IMG/VR virus record: IMGVR_UViG_3300047564_001818
DNA from: a virus
Taxonomy: Duplodnaviria > Caudoviricetes
Reading direction: 5' to 3' (one strand)
Length of the DNA: 64,000 nucleotides
Below the pieces are notes generated by a model. That model was not told the DNA's origin and made no database searches. It was given only the letters and a program-made list of their open reading frames with translations. Both the position numbers and the translations under genes were made by a program. Below are positions 20,226-28,871 of the stretch, in pieces. The first letter of the stretch is position 1. Every line of letters starts with the position of its first letter.

Positions 20226-20813
20226 TTAGAAATAGCTGCGCCAAAAGCCTGAACTAACAGCTTCCAGTGCTAGGTCATACTGACGTTCTGGTTCTGCTGT
20301 GATCAACTCAGTGTCAGGCTGAGTCAGCAACAACCAAGTGGGACGTTCAGCAGTGAGTTCACGTTCTAGTGAGCGTGGTGGCCATGCTGTGATACCCAGT
20401 ATGTATCTGTAGTTGTGAGGAGTGTTGCCTGCCACAGCCTTTTCCAACATGTGATAGTCCGATGATATTGACCATTCGCTGTTGATCTGCATGGTATTGG
20501 CACTGAACCAAGCATTGTCATGCAGCATGATCAGCGCACTTCTGTTGTAGTCGCCACCTCTGTATACAGGTTGATCTTCTGCACAGTCATGGCCTTTGGA
20601 AGCTGCTAGTTCTCTAAAAGTTACAGTGAGCGGTGAGTTGAGCTGTAGAGCCACTGTTGAATAAGCTGTGTGTTCTGTAACAAAACAAACACGACGGTGT
20701 TCGCCCCAACGTGGATGACTGATTAAGATATCTCCAGGCTCTACCAATACGTCTCCTTCAACTCCAATCCGGAAGGTCGCCGCCATACTTGGCGCCTTTG
20801 AGCTTCTTGCCAC
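20226..20813 (-). CDS. YqgE/AlgH (DUF179)-like protein
   Basis: LISHP, V.FVTEH, LQLN.P, VYRGG, LHD, Y.LG...W....LERE pattern. Confidence 0.7.
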   Translation of the reverse strand: MARSSKAPSMAATFRIGVEGDVLVEPGDILISHPRWGEHRRVCFVTEHTAYSTVALQLNSPLTVTFRELAASKGHDCAEDQPVYRGGDYNRSALIMLHDNAWFSANTMQINSEWSISSDYHMLEKAVAGNTPHNYRYILGITAWPPRSLERELTAERPTWLLLTQPDTELITAEPERQYDLALEAVSSGFWRSYF

Positions 20814-21006
20814 CCACTTTGATTCTCTTCTTGCCTATCTTGTGACTCTTGTTGCCTTCACGACGACGATAGCCCTGACTCTTGCACGACGCCAGCGCAC
20901 TGGCACCAATTGCTGAATCAGGCTTTGAACTTTTGCAGAGACTGGCAGTGGCCTGCCAATCCACTATGTCCTGTTCACGACCTTCTATAAGTTCCTCAAC
21001 TCTCAT
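20758..21006 (-). CDS. Small basic hypothetical protein (late gene)
   Basis: MRVEEL start preceded by CTAAATAACTGT; K/R-rich C-terminus ending DLPDWS. Confidence 0.6.
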   Translation of the reverse strand: MRVEELIEGREQDIVDWQATASLCKSSKPDSAIGASALASCKSQGYRRREGNKSHKIGKKRIKVGGKKLKGAKYGGDLPDWS

Positions 21007-21020
21007 ACAGTTATTTAGCA

Positions 21021-21233
21021 CTAGCGATATCGGTCAGCACCTGTTTCTTCAGCAAAATCCTCTACCAGCGCAAAGGTCAGAGCCTTGCGTGCTCCTCGTG
21101 TGGTGTTGAGTACGATCTCTCCTGTGCGCTCATGATACTCAATCTTTGTGATCTCCGCAGGCTGTCTGTTTGGGCCTACAAGAATAGTTTGCCCCAACTC
21201 TAGATTGAGGCTGATGTTACGCAGTGTACTCAT
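21021..21233 (-). CDS. Hypothetical protein (SH3-like beta protein)
   Basis: 70 aa; GGAG RBS and GATAAATA upstream. Confidence 0.6.
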   Translation of the reverse strand: MSTLRNISLNLELGQTILVGPNRQPAEITKIEYHERTGEIVLNTTRGARKALTFALVEDFAEETGADRYR

Positions 21234-21303
21234 GGTGGTTCTCCCTTGTGAAAATATTTATCGATAGGCGAAACCACACTAAGTAAAAACAAAAGGAAGC
21301 ACT

Positions 21304-21582
21304 ATGAACCTAGAACAACTTGAACCGGGCAAGAGCTATGCCTGCAGATTTCGTACAGTCACATTCCTAGACAGCGAAGGCCAGCCTGTGCAGGCAAATC
21401 TCAGCATAGGCGCTGCACATCCAGGCACACCCGGCACCTACAGCAGTGTGGGCATCATACGAACCAGAGACCTAGCACAGTGTCGAGTAGAACTGATAGA
21501 CACACAGTCACACAGGACCTTTGTGGTCAGTACTGACAGTATATGGGACATAGACAGTGTAGAATGGGTTGACAACAGCTAA
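21304..21582 (+). CDS. Hypothetical protein
   Basis: 92 aa; AGGAAG RBS. Confidence 0.6.
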   Translation: MNLEQLEPGKSYACRFRTVTFLDSEGQPVQANLSIGAAHPGTPGTYSSVGIIRTRDLAQCRVELIDTQSHRTFVVSTDSIWDIDSVEWVDNS

Positions 21583-21603
21583 AACAGATGCTATAAATAA
21601 TGC

Positions 21604-21780
21604 ATGAAACTTAAACAAGAAATGAGCACTGTGCAGTATCTTGAAGCACGACTGTGGGATGCTATTCGAGAAATCGATGATCACAGAGACAGTTACACAG
21701 ACCGAGAACTGCGACGAGCATTTGAACAGATGACAGCGCTGAGCAACTACATCAAACGTAAAATTGTAAAAGGCAAGTAA
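21604..21780 (+). CDS. Hypothetical 58 aa protein (absent from ORF track)
   Basis: MKLKQEMSTVQYLEARLWDAIRE...; TATAAATA immediately upstream; TAATG coupling to the next ORF. Confidence 0.6.
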   Translation: MKLKQEMSTVQYLEARLWDAIREIDDHRDSYTDRELRRAFEQMTALSNYIKRKIVKGK

Positions 21781-22079
21781 TGGCACGCTACACCTACATA
21801 CACAGTGACCTGTGGAGTGAACGCAGCACAGTGCTGGAAGACGAATTGGCACAACTCACTGGGTACCTACACAGATCAGGATTGGACAGTGAGTTCGACC
21901 CAGACCTGCACAGTTATCGCACAGACACGGGTGACGTATGGCTGTTCCTTCCTGAGCTAACAGAACTGCAACTGTTTGCGATCACACTGATACTGAGCAG
22001 TAGCTCACTGGAGTTTGAGAACCGTCCTGTTCGTTTTGCACAGCCTCCAGAGATTGCACACGATGCGGAAGATCTATGA
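21780..22079 (+). CDS. Hypothetical protein
   Basis: 99 aa, coupled to the upstream ORF. Confidence 0.5.
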   Translation: MARYTYIHSDLWSERSTVLEDELAQLTGYLHRSGLDSEFDPDLHSYRTDTGDVWLFLPELTELQLFAITLILSSSSLEFENRPVRFAQPPEIAHDAEDL

Positions 22080-22347
22080 AATCGACAGTGTACAAGTATA
22101 CAGCCGCACTGGTGTATTCTCAAAACTGAGCCACAGAGCATATACACATAGACCACAACAACGGCCTTGGGATACCACACACCAAGAATGGATCAGTGCT
22201 GCTCTTACACCTGCACAACTGAGATTCATTGAACGGCAGGTTGTGACCTTTAGACCACATCCACGACACAGCCCCACAGTTGAACTGTTTATCTATGATG
22301 CTGATCTAACTGACAGAGACTGGTGTGTGATCAGACTGCTGTTCTAA
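22063..22347 (+). CDS. Hypothetical protein
   Basis: MRKIYEIDSV start overlapping the previous stop. Confidence 0.45.
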   Translation: MRKIYEIDSVQVYSRTGVFSKLSHRAYTHRPQQRPWDTTHQEWISAALTPAQLRFIERQVVTFRPHPRHSPTVELFIYDADLTDRDWCVIRLLF

Positions 22348-22356
22348 AGACTGTGC

Positions 22357-22570
22357 ATAGGCCCCGCAAGCCGGATACCTATAGGCCCCGCTGTTAAGTG
22401 CTATACACAGCTATAATGATTACCAGCACACACTGAGTCAGTACTGCACAAGCTGTGATTAGATTATTTCTACGATCACTGTTCATACACATACTTATAG
22501 CATAGGCCCCGCTGTTAAGGTTTAAGCGCACAGCGCAATATGCGTAACTGTATAGGCCCCGCTGTTAAGG
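22357..22570. repeat. Dispersed direct repeat ATAGGCCCCGCTGTTAAG (3 full copies, 1 partial)
   Basis: Copies start at 22357 (partial), 22381, 22502 and 22552. Confidence 0.9.
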
Positions 22571-22576
22571 TTACGG

Positions 22577-22762
22577 CTACGGGTCATGTTTGAGGTCAGT
22601 GAGCGCTAGCTGTGCAACACTGTGAACTAGATTGCGACATGCACCGCACTGTGGCACTGTGTTCAGCACACGAAAGATCAACTCAGACTGTGCAGACTGT
22701 AACTGAACAGCACAGTGTTGCACAGCACTCGCAGTGAGATTGTGACACACGCATACACGCAT
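22577..22762 (-). CDS. Possible small Cys-rich late protein
   Basis: MRVCVCHNL... preceded by CAGTAAATACACAT; could be spurious. Confidence 0.3.
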   Translation of the reverse strand: MRVCVCHNLTASAVQHCAVQLQSAQSELIFRVLNTVPQCGACRNLVHSVAQLALTDLKHDP

Positions 22763-22802
22763 ATGTGTATTTACTGTAGGGCGTAGTAAAAAAGATCTGC
22801 AA

Positions 22803-22852
22803 AAAGATGAAAAAGTATTTGAACTATAAAGATGAAAAAGTATTTGAACTAT
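22803..22852. repeat. Perfect 25 bp tandem duplication AAAGATGAAAAAGTATTTGAACTAT
   Basis: Two adjacent identical copies. Confidence 0.9.
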
Positions 22853-23469
22853 GCCTGCCTCAACCTCGATCAATCTCTGCAAATTTGCACATAAACCGTT
22901 GAGAAGCTTGGCAAATCTGCACACTGAGCTCACGATGGGCCCGTCAAAACACCGGTTTTAGGGCTATAAAACACCCCTAGCGCCGCGTTAAAACCATTCG
23001 ATTTCAATGGTTTATACGATCTAGCTCATCCTAGATCTACACTGTGAGCACAGGCTCGATTCTGCCAGCAAGATCAATGACTTAGCATAAGAAGTTCAAC
23101 TGACCAATACACTATATACTTCAATGACTTAGTGGGCACAGTTCATTCAGAGGTCTCAGATTCGATTCTGCCAGCAAGATCAATCACTTAGCACACACAG
23201 TAGATACACAGCAAGATCAATGACTTAGCAGCTACACTAGGTTCTGGTGCTAAGTGATTGATACTATTGGCTTTCTCGCATCAATAGCTTACACAGTGAG
23301 GTTGAACCAATGGTGGTACTTGTAGTCGTTTGATATCGTTGAGCTCTTTGCTACTGATAAGTCATTGATATTGCTGTGTTCTTTTGGTGTTGGTGGCGGG
23401 GCGACGGTGTCGTTGCGTGTCGTGCGAGGGGTGTAAGGCAAAGTTTACAGGTGCAGTGGGAGGGAGATA

Positions 23470-23609
23470 GTTTAACATTAAACCATTCCTGCGGGGTAGT
23501 TTAACGTTAAACCATTTTGGGCGAGATTGTTTAGTGTTAAACCATTTTGAGGGAGACTGTTTAGTGTTAAACTATACAACCTGCGGCCAAGACTGTTTAG
23601 TCATTAAAC
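23470..23609. repeat. Five palindromic GTTTA-N4/5-TAAAC units at about 30 bp pitch
   Basis: Units at 23470, 23499 (perfect GTTTAACGTTAAAC), 23529, 23559, 23595. Confidence 0.9.
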
Positions 23610-23679
23610 CATAGGTTCAGGGCTCCGTGCCCTCCCGTCTACCGCTCCTGGCTATCGCCTTCTCGCTAACCTCACTTAC

Positions 23680-23708
23680 AGTATAGCACCTGTGCAGGAG
23701 TTTGCAAG
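23680..23708 (-). promoter_or_regulatory. Leftward sigma70-type promoter firing into the non-coding repeat block
   Basis: CTTGCA-N17-TATACT with extended -10 TG; no credible downstream ORF. Confidence 0.65.
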
Positions 23709-23847
23709 AGAATGTATTTCAATGTTTTCAAGGGGTTAGGAAATAAATTTATTTTGTAAGTCATTGATCTACAAGGAAAGTTTTTGGTTGTGCTCGTGTG
23801 TAGATGTGCTATTGTATACGAGTAGGGCAACACAAGAGGGAACGAAG

Positions 23848-24147
23848 ATGGGATACTTTCTTTACGATCGGCACAACACTCGCATAGTCAGCAAGGAGTA
23901 CAAGACTCATGCTGCGGCACAGGCAGAACTTACTCGTCGTCGTAAGGCTGCTGCGGGTGAATGGGGTGTGCTTCACGCAGAAGACGATCCGCTGTTCTTG
24001 TTGGGCATTGCAGAGAAAGAGTACTACTTCCGTCACATTGAGCGCTCTGTGACTCGTGTTAACTTGATGACGGGCGCGGAGTACCGTGAGAGCGTGAACA
24101 CGCCTTTGGCTTGCTCGCCTGCTTCAGAAACCTACTGGAGCCAGTGA
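23848..24147 (+). CDS. Early hypothetical protein
   Basis: Start revised to MGYFLYD after promoter, leader and GAGGG RBS. Confidence 0.75.
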   Translation: MGYFLYDRHNTRIVSKEYKTHAAAQAELTRRRKAAAGEWGVLHAEDDPLFLLGIAEKEYYFRHIERSVTRVNLMTGAEYRESVNTPLACSPASETYWSQ

Positions 24148-24219
24148 TTAGAGGTTGACAAGCCCTACTCCCTGTGCTATATATATGTGGAGTAGGGCAA
24201 CACAACAGAGGGCGACACA

Positions 24220-24375
24220 ATGAATCCAGAAATTGAGTCCATGCTGCAATTGACTGTTGAGCAATTGCTAAACGAGGATGGTGTAGGATGCGATCCTGCG
24301 GCTTTGGCTGCGGCACTGCGCGAGTTTGCGGAAATGATTGAAGCAGACATTGAGGCTGGCGCTTACGCAGAATAA
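24220..24375 (+). CDS. Early acidic 51 aa protein (absent from ORF track)
   Basis: MNPEIESMLQ...; own promoter, leader and RBS. Confidence 0.7.
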   Translation: MNPEIESMLQLTVEQLLNEDGVGCDPAALAAALREFAEMIEADIEAGAYAE

Positions 24376-24437
24376 CTGTTGACACAGCCTTGCAGATGTG
24401 CTATAACTTACACATAGGGCAACAAGAGGGAACTGAG

Positions 24438-24629
24438 ATGGAAAATTTGGCATTCTACTCTAAGTATGACTTTGTCAAACTGCTTCGTCAGAAGCGCGGC
24501 AAAGACTATACCCTTGGCTGGTTGGAGATGGCATATGCTATGCCGCCCACCACTGAGGAGTATGAGCAGGAGATGATCCGCAAGGAGATTCCCGTTCTGC
24601 AGGCGCTGCCGGACTACGACGGCGTCTAA
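24438..24629 (+). CDS. Early hypothetical protein
   Basis: MENLAFYSKY start after promoter, leader and RBS. Confidence 0.7.
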   Translation: MENLAFYSKYDFVKLLRQKRGKDYTLGWLEMAYAMPPTTEEYEQEMIRKEIPVLQALPDYDGV

Positions 24630-24700
24630 GGGGTTGACAAGCTTCAAGGCTTGTGCTATAACTAACATATAGAGCAACACAGTGTAGAGGGATACACACA

Positions 24701-25114
24701 ATGGGAACTCGTTCAACTATCGCAATTGAAAACGCAGACGGCACTGTCACTGGCATCTACTGCCACTGGGACGGCTACCTGAGCCACAATGGGCAAATCC
24801 TGCAAGACCACTATACTGACGAAGCCCGGGTGCGTGAGTTGATTGCTCTGGGCCACATCAGTTCGCTTGGTGCTGAGATTGGCACTGCCCATGACTTTGA
24901 TGCGGCTCCGCGTGGCGAGTGCAATGCCTACGGGCGTGATCGCGGCGAGCGTGATGTTGATGCTTATACTGAGCACAACTGGCGTCAGTACTGTGCTGAG
25001 CACGGACAGGAATACGACTACCTGTTCACTCCTGGGAAGGGCTGGCTGGTCCGCACCTACAACGGCATCTACGACCTTGCTCGTGCATTGGCAATCGAAA
25101 CCGAAGAAGCCTAA
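24701..25114 (+). CDS. Early phage protein (MGTRS...YCHWDGY type)
   Basis: YCHWDGY motif; own promoter. Confidence 0.8.
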   Translation: MGTRSTIAIENADGTVTGIYCHWDGYLSHNGQILQDHYTDEARVRELIALGHISSLGAEIGTAHDFDAAPRGECNAYGRDRGERDVDAYTEHNWRQYCAEHGQEYDYLFTPGKGWLVRTYNGIYDLARALAIETEEA

Positions 25115-25186
25115 GGCAGAAAGTGGTTGACACAGCCCTGCAGATGTGCTATTGTATATGAGTAGGGCAACACAAGAGGGACTGAG

Positions 25187-25426
25187 ATGTACAAGATCTA
25201 TGGCGACTATGGTTACACCAGCGAATGCCTGCTGCACACAGCCGACACTCGTTCAGAAGCCCTGCGCTGGGCAGACGACTATATCGCAGACGACTTTGGC
25301 GGCTATGCTGTGATTGAGGTTGCGGTTCACCTGAGCAATGGCGAATACAGCACCATCCATACCTACCGTGCAGAAGACTACGAGTACGAAGGCGATGACG
25401 ATTTTGCACTCTTGGAGGACTTTTAA
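25187..25426 (+). CDS. Early acidic hypothetical protein
   Basis: Own promoter, leader and RBS. Confidence 0.7.
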   Translation: MYKIYGDYGYTSECLLHTADTRSEALRWADDYIADDFGGYAVIEVAVHLSNGEYSTIHTYRAEDYEYEGDDDFALLEDF

Positions 25427-25427
25427 G

Positions 25428-25583
25428 ATGCTCTACTATGTGATGTGGGGCGTTGAGATCATCGCTGTATGCACTCGACCAGAAGATGCTCATGCAATGG
25501 CTGGCTTTGATTACAAGACCAAAAAAACCTACACTGTGGTAGCGAAAATGGTTGACAACACTGTAGAAGGTGCTATTGTATAA
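25428..25583 (+). CDS. Early hypothetical 51 aa protein
   Basis: GGAGG RBS; MLYYVMWG start. Confidence 0.55.
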   Translation: MLYYVMWGVEIIAVCTRPEDAHAMAGFDYKTKKTYTVVAKMVDNTVEGAIV

Positions 25584-25620
25584 GAGTAGGGCAACGCAAT
25601 AGCAGAGAGGGACACACGCT

Positions 25621-26025
25621 ATGGCATACGTTTCGCAAGAAGACAAAGCTAAACTGACTCCGGCGATCAAGGCTGTGCTGGCTAAGTATGGCATGAAGGG
25701 CACGATTGCTGTGCGTCATCACAGCACTTTGGTAGTCACTGTCAAGAGCGGTGCTATCGACTTCGGCGGCGACAACATTGATGTGAACGAGTATTGGATC
25801 GACCAGCACTACGAGGGCAAGGCTCGTAAGTTCCTCAACGAACTGCACAAGGCTATGATGGGACCGGACTGGTTCTGCGAAGACGACGCGATGACTGACT
25901 ACTTCCACCGCAGCCACTACTGCTCCATCCGCATCGGCAACTGGGGTCGTCCGTATGTGTTCATGGGACGCAGCAAGGACGGTATGGTAAACGGTGTGGC
26001 AGAAGAAGCCTACACCTTTGCCTAA
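25621..26025 (+). CDS. Early phage protein (MAYVSQE type)
   Basis: Own promoter, leader and RBS; 134 aa. Confidence 0.8.
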   Translation: MAYVSQEDKAKLTPAIKAVLAKYGMKGTIAVRHHSTLVVTVKSGAIDFGGDNIDVNEYWIDQHYEGKARKFLNELHKAMMGPDWFCEDDAMTDYFHRSHYCSIRIGNWGRPYVFMGRSKDGMVNGVAEEAYTFA

Positions 26026-26098
26026 ATAATGGTTGACAGCACACCACTGTCGTGCTATAACTAACACATAGGGCAACACTGCTAGAGGAGCACAGCAG

Positions 26099-26500
26099 AT
26101 GGCATACGGTGATTTTGTTACGTCAGTTGGCGAAACGGTTGGCATCGTGCGTCAGCACCGCCACGGCACAATCTTGATGAGCCGCTTTGGCACTGTTACC
26201 AAGATCAACGGACACGGCCACATCTACGTCCAAAGCGAAGACAAGGAGTATCGCTTCACTCGCCGCGGCTATGCCTACAAGGACGACTATGGTCCTGGCT
26301 TGATGCACGCCGCTAAACTGCGGATGATCCAAGAGAGTGAGACTCGTCGCAAGGAGCAGGTGCGGATTGCTCGTGCTATGGAGCAGGAACTCAAGGAAGG
26401 CTACTCCTACTCGGGCCGCTTCTTCCCCACCGCAGAGCGTATTGCTGCTCTAAAAAATCTGCTTGCAGACTTGGAGAAAGTGGTTGACAGCACGATATGA
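26099..26500 (+). CDS. Early hypothetical protein
   Basis: Own promoter, leader and RBS. Confidence 0.75.
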   Translation: MAYGDFVTSVGETVGIVRQHRHGTILMSRFGTVTKINGHGHIYVQSEDKEYRFTRRGYAYKDDYGPGLMHAAKLRMIQESETRRKEQVRIARAMEQELKEGYSYSGRFFPTAERIAALKNLLADLEKVVDSTI

Positions 26501-26542
26501 TCGTGCTATAACTATAGAGTAGACAGCAACAAGAGGGCAAAC

Positions 26543-26821
26543 ATGATGCTGAATGTGAATGACACTGTTCGTGCTTACAGCGGCCGGCCTGGCTGCATGT
26601 GCGGCTGCAATGGCACCTACAACGAAGGCGAGCGGGCTCGCAAGATGGCACTGACTGCGCTGCTGAAGAACCCTGCGGTGCGCTTGCAGACTTGGAAGCC
26701 CTCCGGCGGCGATGCTGGTTGCTTGTATGTGGAAACTGCAACTCGCAACCGTGTGCTGTATCTGACTGAAGAGGGTGCTGCGAAGTTGGCTGCACAGTTC
26801 CCTGAAATGGTTGACAAGTAA
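26543..26821 (+). CDS. Early hypothetical protein (YSGRPGCMCGC motif)
   Basis: Own promoter, variant leader, GAGGG RBS. Confidence 0.75.
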   Translation: MMLNVNDTVRAYSGRPGCMCGCNGTYNEGERARKMALTALLKNPAVRLQTWKPSGGDAGCLYVETATRNRVLYLTEEGAAKLAAQFPEMVDK

Positions 26822-26868
26822 GAACGTTCGTGCTATAACTTACACACAACGAGGCAATGGAGGGTAAC

Positions 26869-27420
26869 ATGCCGAACTGGTGCTCAAACTCAATCACTAT
26901 CACTGGTCCTGTGGAGAAGATTGCTGCGCTGTGGACCGAGGCTTCCACAGCCGGCGAACACAACGCTCTGCTCAATGCTCTGTGTCCGATGCCTAAGGAA
27001 CTCTTAGAAGGTGAAGCATGGTATGGCTGGCGTGTGGCCCACTGGGGAACCAAGTGGGACATTGACATGCAAGGTCTCGAGTTTGAAGAGTTCTCGGACG
27101 GCACGGCTGCCGTCACAGGTTGGGCAGACAGTGCATGGAGCCCGCCCGTTGATGCGTTCCAGGCTTATAGCAATGAGAATCCTGATGTGATGATGGAACT
27201 CAAATACTTCGAGCCCGGCATGGGGTTTGTAGGTGTATGGGACAACGAAGGTGGAGATGCCTATTGGGAAGGTGTTGACGAGTTGCTGGACACCACAGAG
27301 GAAGAAGACGCTGTGCTGCATGAACTGCTGGAATACTTTGACGTGGCCAGTTGGTTTGAGTCTGACGACGAGAACCTCGAGATTGATCTTGACGGCGGTG
27401 TGAGTGCGACGAACGAATAA
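26869..27420 (+). CDS. DUF1281/YubB ferredoxin-like-domain protein
   Basis: MPNWCSN.I.I.G, WR..HWGTKWD, SAWSPP, YFEPGMGFVG. Confidence 0.75.
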   Translation: MPNWCSNSITITGPVEKIAALWTEASTAGEHNALLNALCPMPKELLEGEAWYGWRVAHWGTKWDIDMQGLEFEEFSDGTAAVTGWADSAWSPPVDAFQAYSNENPDVMMELKYFEPGMGFVGVWDNEGGDAYWEGVDELLDTTEEEDAVLHELLEYFDVASWFESDDENLEIDLDGGVSATNE

Positions 27421-27490
27421 TAATGGTTGACACGGCTCTACTCATGTGCTATTGTATATGAGTAGGGCAACGCTGCTAGAGGAGCACACG

Positions 27491-27775
27491 ATGGCACGTA
27501 AGACGATCGAAGTTGGCAAGGTTCTTAAGATTGCGAATAACTTCCTTGCTGCGAAGCATACCACTGCTGATGAGCGCGAGAGTGTGTGTGCTGTGATGGA
27601 AGCTATCTTGTTTGAGACTGATAACTATCGCGGCTTTGCTTACCTGCCCAAAGAGAACTACGCCCACGAGACGGGCTTTGATCACGATGGCACTCGTCGT
27701 CGTTACTTCGTCAGCGGCACTATCGATGCTGACTACGAAGCAGAAGACCGCAACATCAACAAGATCCGGGCATAA
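27491..27775 (+). CDS. Early hypothetical protein
   Basis: MARKTIEV start after promoter and leader. Confidence 0.75.
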   Translation: MARKTIEVGKVLKIANNFLAAKHTTADERESVCAVMEAILFETDNYRGFAYLPKENYAHETGFDHDGTRRRYFVSGTIDADYEAEDRNINKIRA

Positions 27776-27785
27776 GGAGAACGAC

Positions 27786-27950
27786 ATGAACCCGTTGGCT
27801 TTTTTTGCGATGGTGGGCTTTGTTGTATTACTGATCGTCAGCACCGCAGCTTATACCTTTTCTAAATGCGGCTGGTATACTTTTGCACTGGGCAACGGTG
27901 CTGCGATGGCTGCCGTCACTGGCATGTGTGATAAAATTAATGGAGAATAG
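27786..27950 (+). CDS. Small membrane protein, paralogue 1
   Basis: MNPLAFFAMVGFVVLL...GMCDKINGE; AAGGAG RBS. Confidence 0.7.
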   Translation: MNPLAFFAMVGFVVLLIVSTAAYTFSKCGWYTFALGNGAAMAAVTGMCDKINGE

Positions 27951-27951
27951 C

Positions 27952-28119
27952 ATGGACCCTTTGGCTTTTTTTGCAATGGTGGGCTTTGTACTGTTGTTGG
28001 GGATTGGCACCATAGCTTACACCTTTTCCAAATGCGACCAGTATGCCTTTGCACTGGGCAAGGCGGCGGGGGTGTCGGTGCTGATCACTGGCATGTGCGA
28101 TAAAATCAATGGAGAATAA
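27952..28119 (+). CDS. Small membrane protein, paralogue 2 (tandem duplicate)
   Basis: MDPLAFFAMVGFVLLL...GMCDKINGE. Confidence 0.7.
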   Translation: MDPLAFFAMVGFVLLLGIGTIAYTFSKCDQYAFALGKAAGVSVLITGMCDKINGE

Positions 28120-28120
28120 C

Positions 28121-28234
28121 ATGGACTGGACCATCGAGGAATATCTTGAGTTTGAACGGCACTTGCTAGAACAAGCAGAAGCGGACGAAGACGAAATTCC
28201 GGTTGACGAACCTGTCTACTGGTGCTATAACTAA
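28121..28234 (+). CDS. Acidic 37 aa peptide
   Basis: MDWTIEEYLEFE...; GGAG RBS; runs through the next promoter. Confidence 0.45.
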   Translation: MDWTIEEYLEFERHLLEQAEADEDEIPVDEPVYWCYN

Positions 28235-28262
28235 CACATAGGGCAACACAAAGGACGCTGAG

Positions 28263-28544
28263 ATGAATAACTTCGCAACTGCTGTCACCGCAATCCAAAA
28301 GATGAACAACGACGAACTGAACGCTGTGGTTCGTGCGATCAAACTGCGCCGCACCTACCTTGCTCGTCAGAGTGCTAACACTTTCCAAGTTGGCGACCGT
28401 GTGAGCTTTGCTGCTCGCGGTATGCAGGTGCTGGGCACTGTAACCAAAGTCAACATCAAGACCATCCAAGTCAAGCAGGACAATGCCTACACCACGTGGA
28501 AGGTACACGCAAGTCTTTTGCATCCTGTCAAAGAAATGGCTTGA
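28263..28544 (+). CDS. Early protein with SH3-like C-terminal domain
   Basis: FQVGDRVSF..G.V.KVN.KT pattern; own promoter and leader. Confidence 0.75.
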   Translation: MNNFATAVTAIQKMNNDELNAVVRAIKLRRTYLARQSANTFQVGDRVSFAARGMQVLGTVTKVNIKTIQVKQDNAYTTWKVHASLLHPVKEMA

Positions 28545-28597
28545 CAGGTTGCTGTATACGTGCTATAACTAACACATAGAAACACAAGAGGGACACG

Positions 28598-28786
28598 ATG
28601 AAAGATTACATGACACTGATCGCAATCATTGACCGGCTAGGCTATATTGCAGAACTTCCGTCAGCTAAGATCCGCCAAGCACTGGATCAATACATTGCTC
28701 AACTGGAAACAGAAGTTCGTCAAATTGATGAAGAGACGGAACGTCAATGTCGAATTGATGACATGTTCGAGAACGTGCCAGTGTAA
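28598..28786 (+). CDS. Early hypothetical protein
   Basis: Own promoter and GAGGG RBS; precedes the tRNAs. Confidence 0.7.
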   Translation: MKDYMTLIAIIDRLGYIAELPSAKIRQALDQYIAQLETEVRQIDEETERQCRIDDMFENVPV

Positions 28787-28795
28787 ATAGACAAC

Positions 28796-28871
28796 GCCCG
28801 GTTAGCCCAAAGGTAGAGGCAACAGACTTAAAATCTGTCAAGCGTCGGTTCGACCCCGACACTGGGTACCA
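28796..28871 (+). tRNA. tRNA-Leu(UAA), short variable loop
   Basis: Acceptor GCCCGGT/ACTGGGT, anticodon arm ACAGA-CTTAAAA-TCTGT, GTTCGA, encoded CCA. Confidence 0.9.

Larger units (their letters stand above)
23003..23768. promoter_or_regulatory. Cluster of about 9 IHF-consensus-like sites (WATCAANNNNTTR)
   Basis: Plus strand: 23003, 23073, 23120, 23179, 23216, 23727. Minus strand: 23251, 23358, 23757. Example: ATCAATGACTTA. Confidence 0.7.

Noticed and set aside
22357-22570. 18-mer repeats as a CRISPR array
   Set aside because: Spacing is very irregular (24, 121, 50 bp) and there are too few copies.
23470-23609. Possible mini CRISPR array
   Set aside because: Repeats are only 14-15 bp, intervening segments are about 15-21 bp and resemble each other, and no cas genes are present.
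23003-23768. Prophage attachment site or integrase arm sites
   Set aside because: No integrase or host-like flanking DNA is present in the window; the motif fits the IHF consensus and the context is a lytic T4-like genome.
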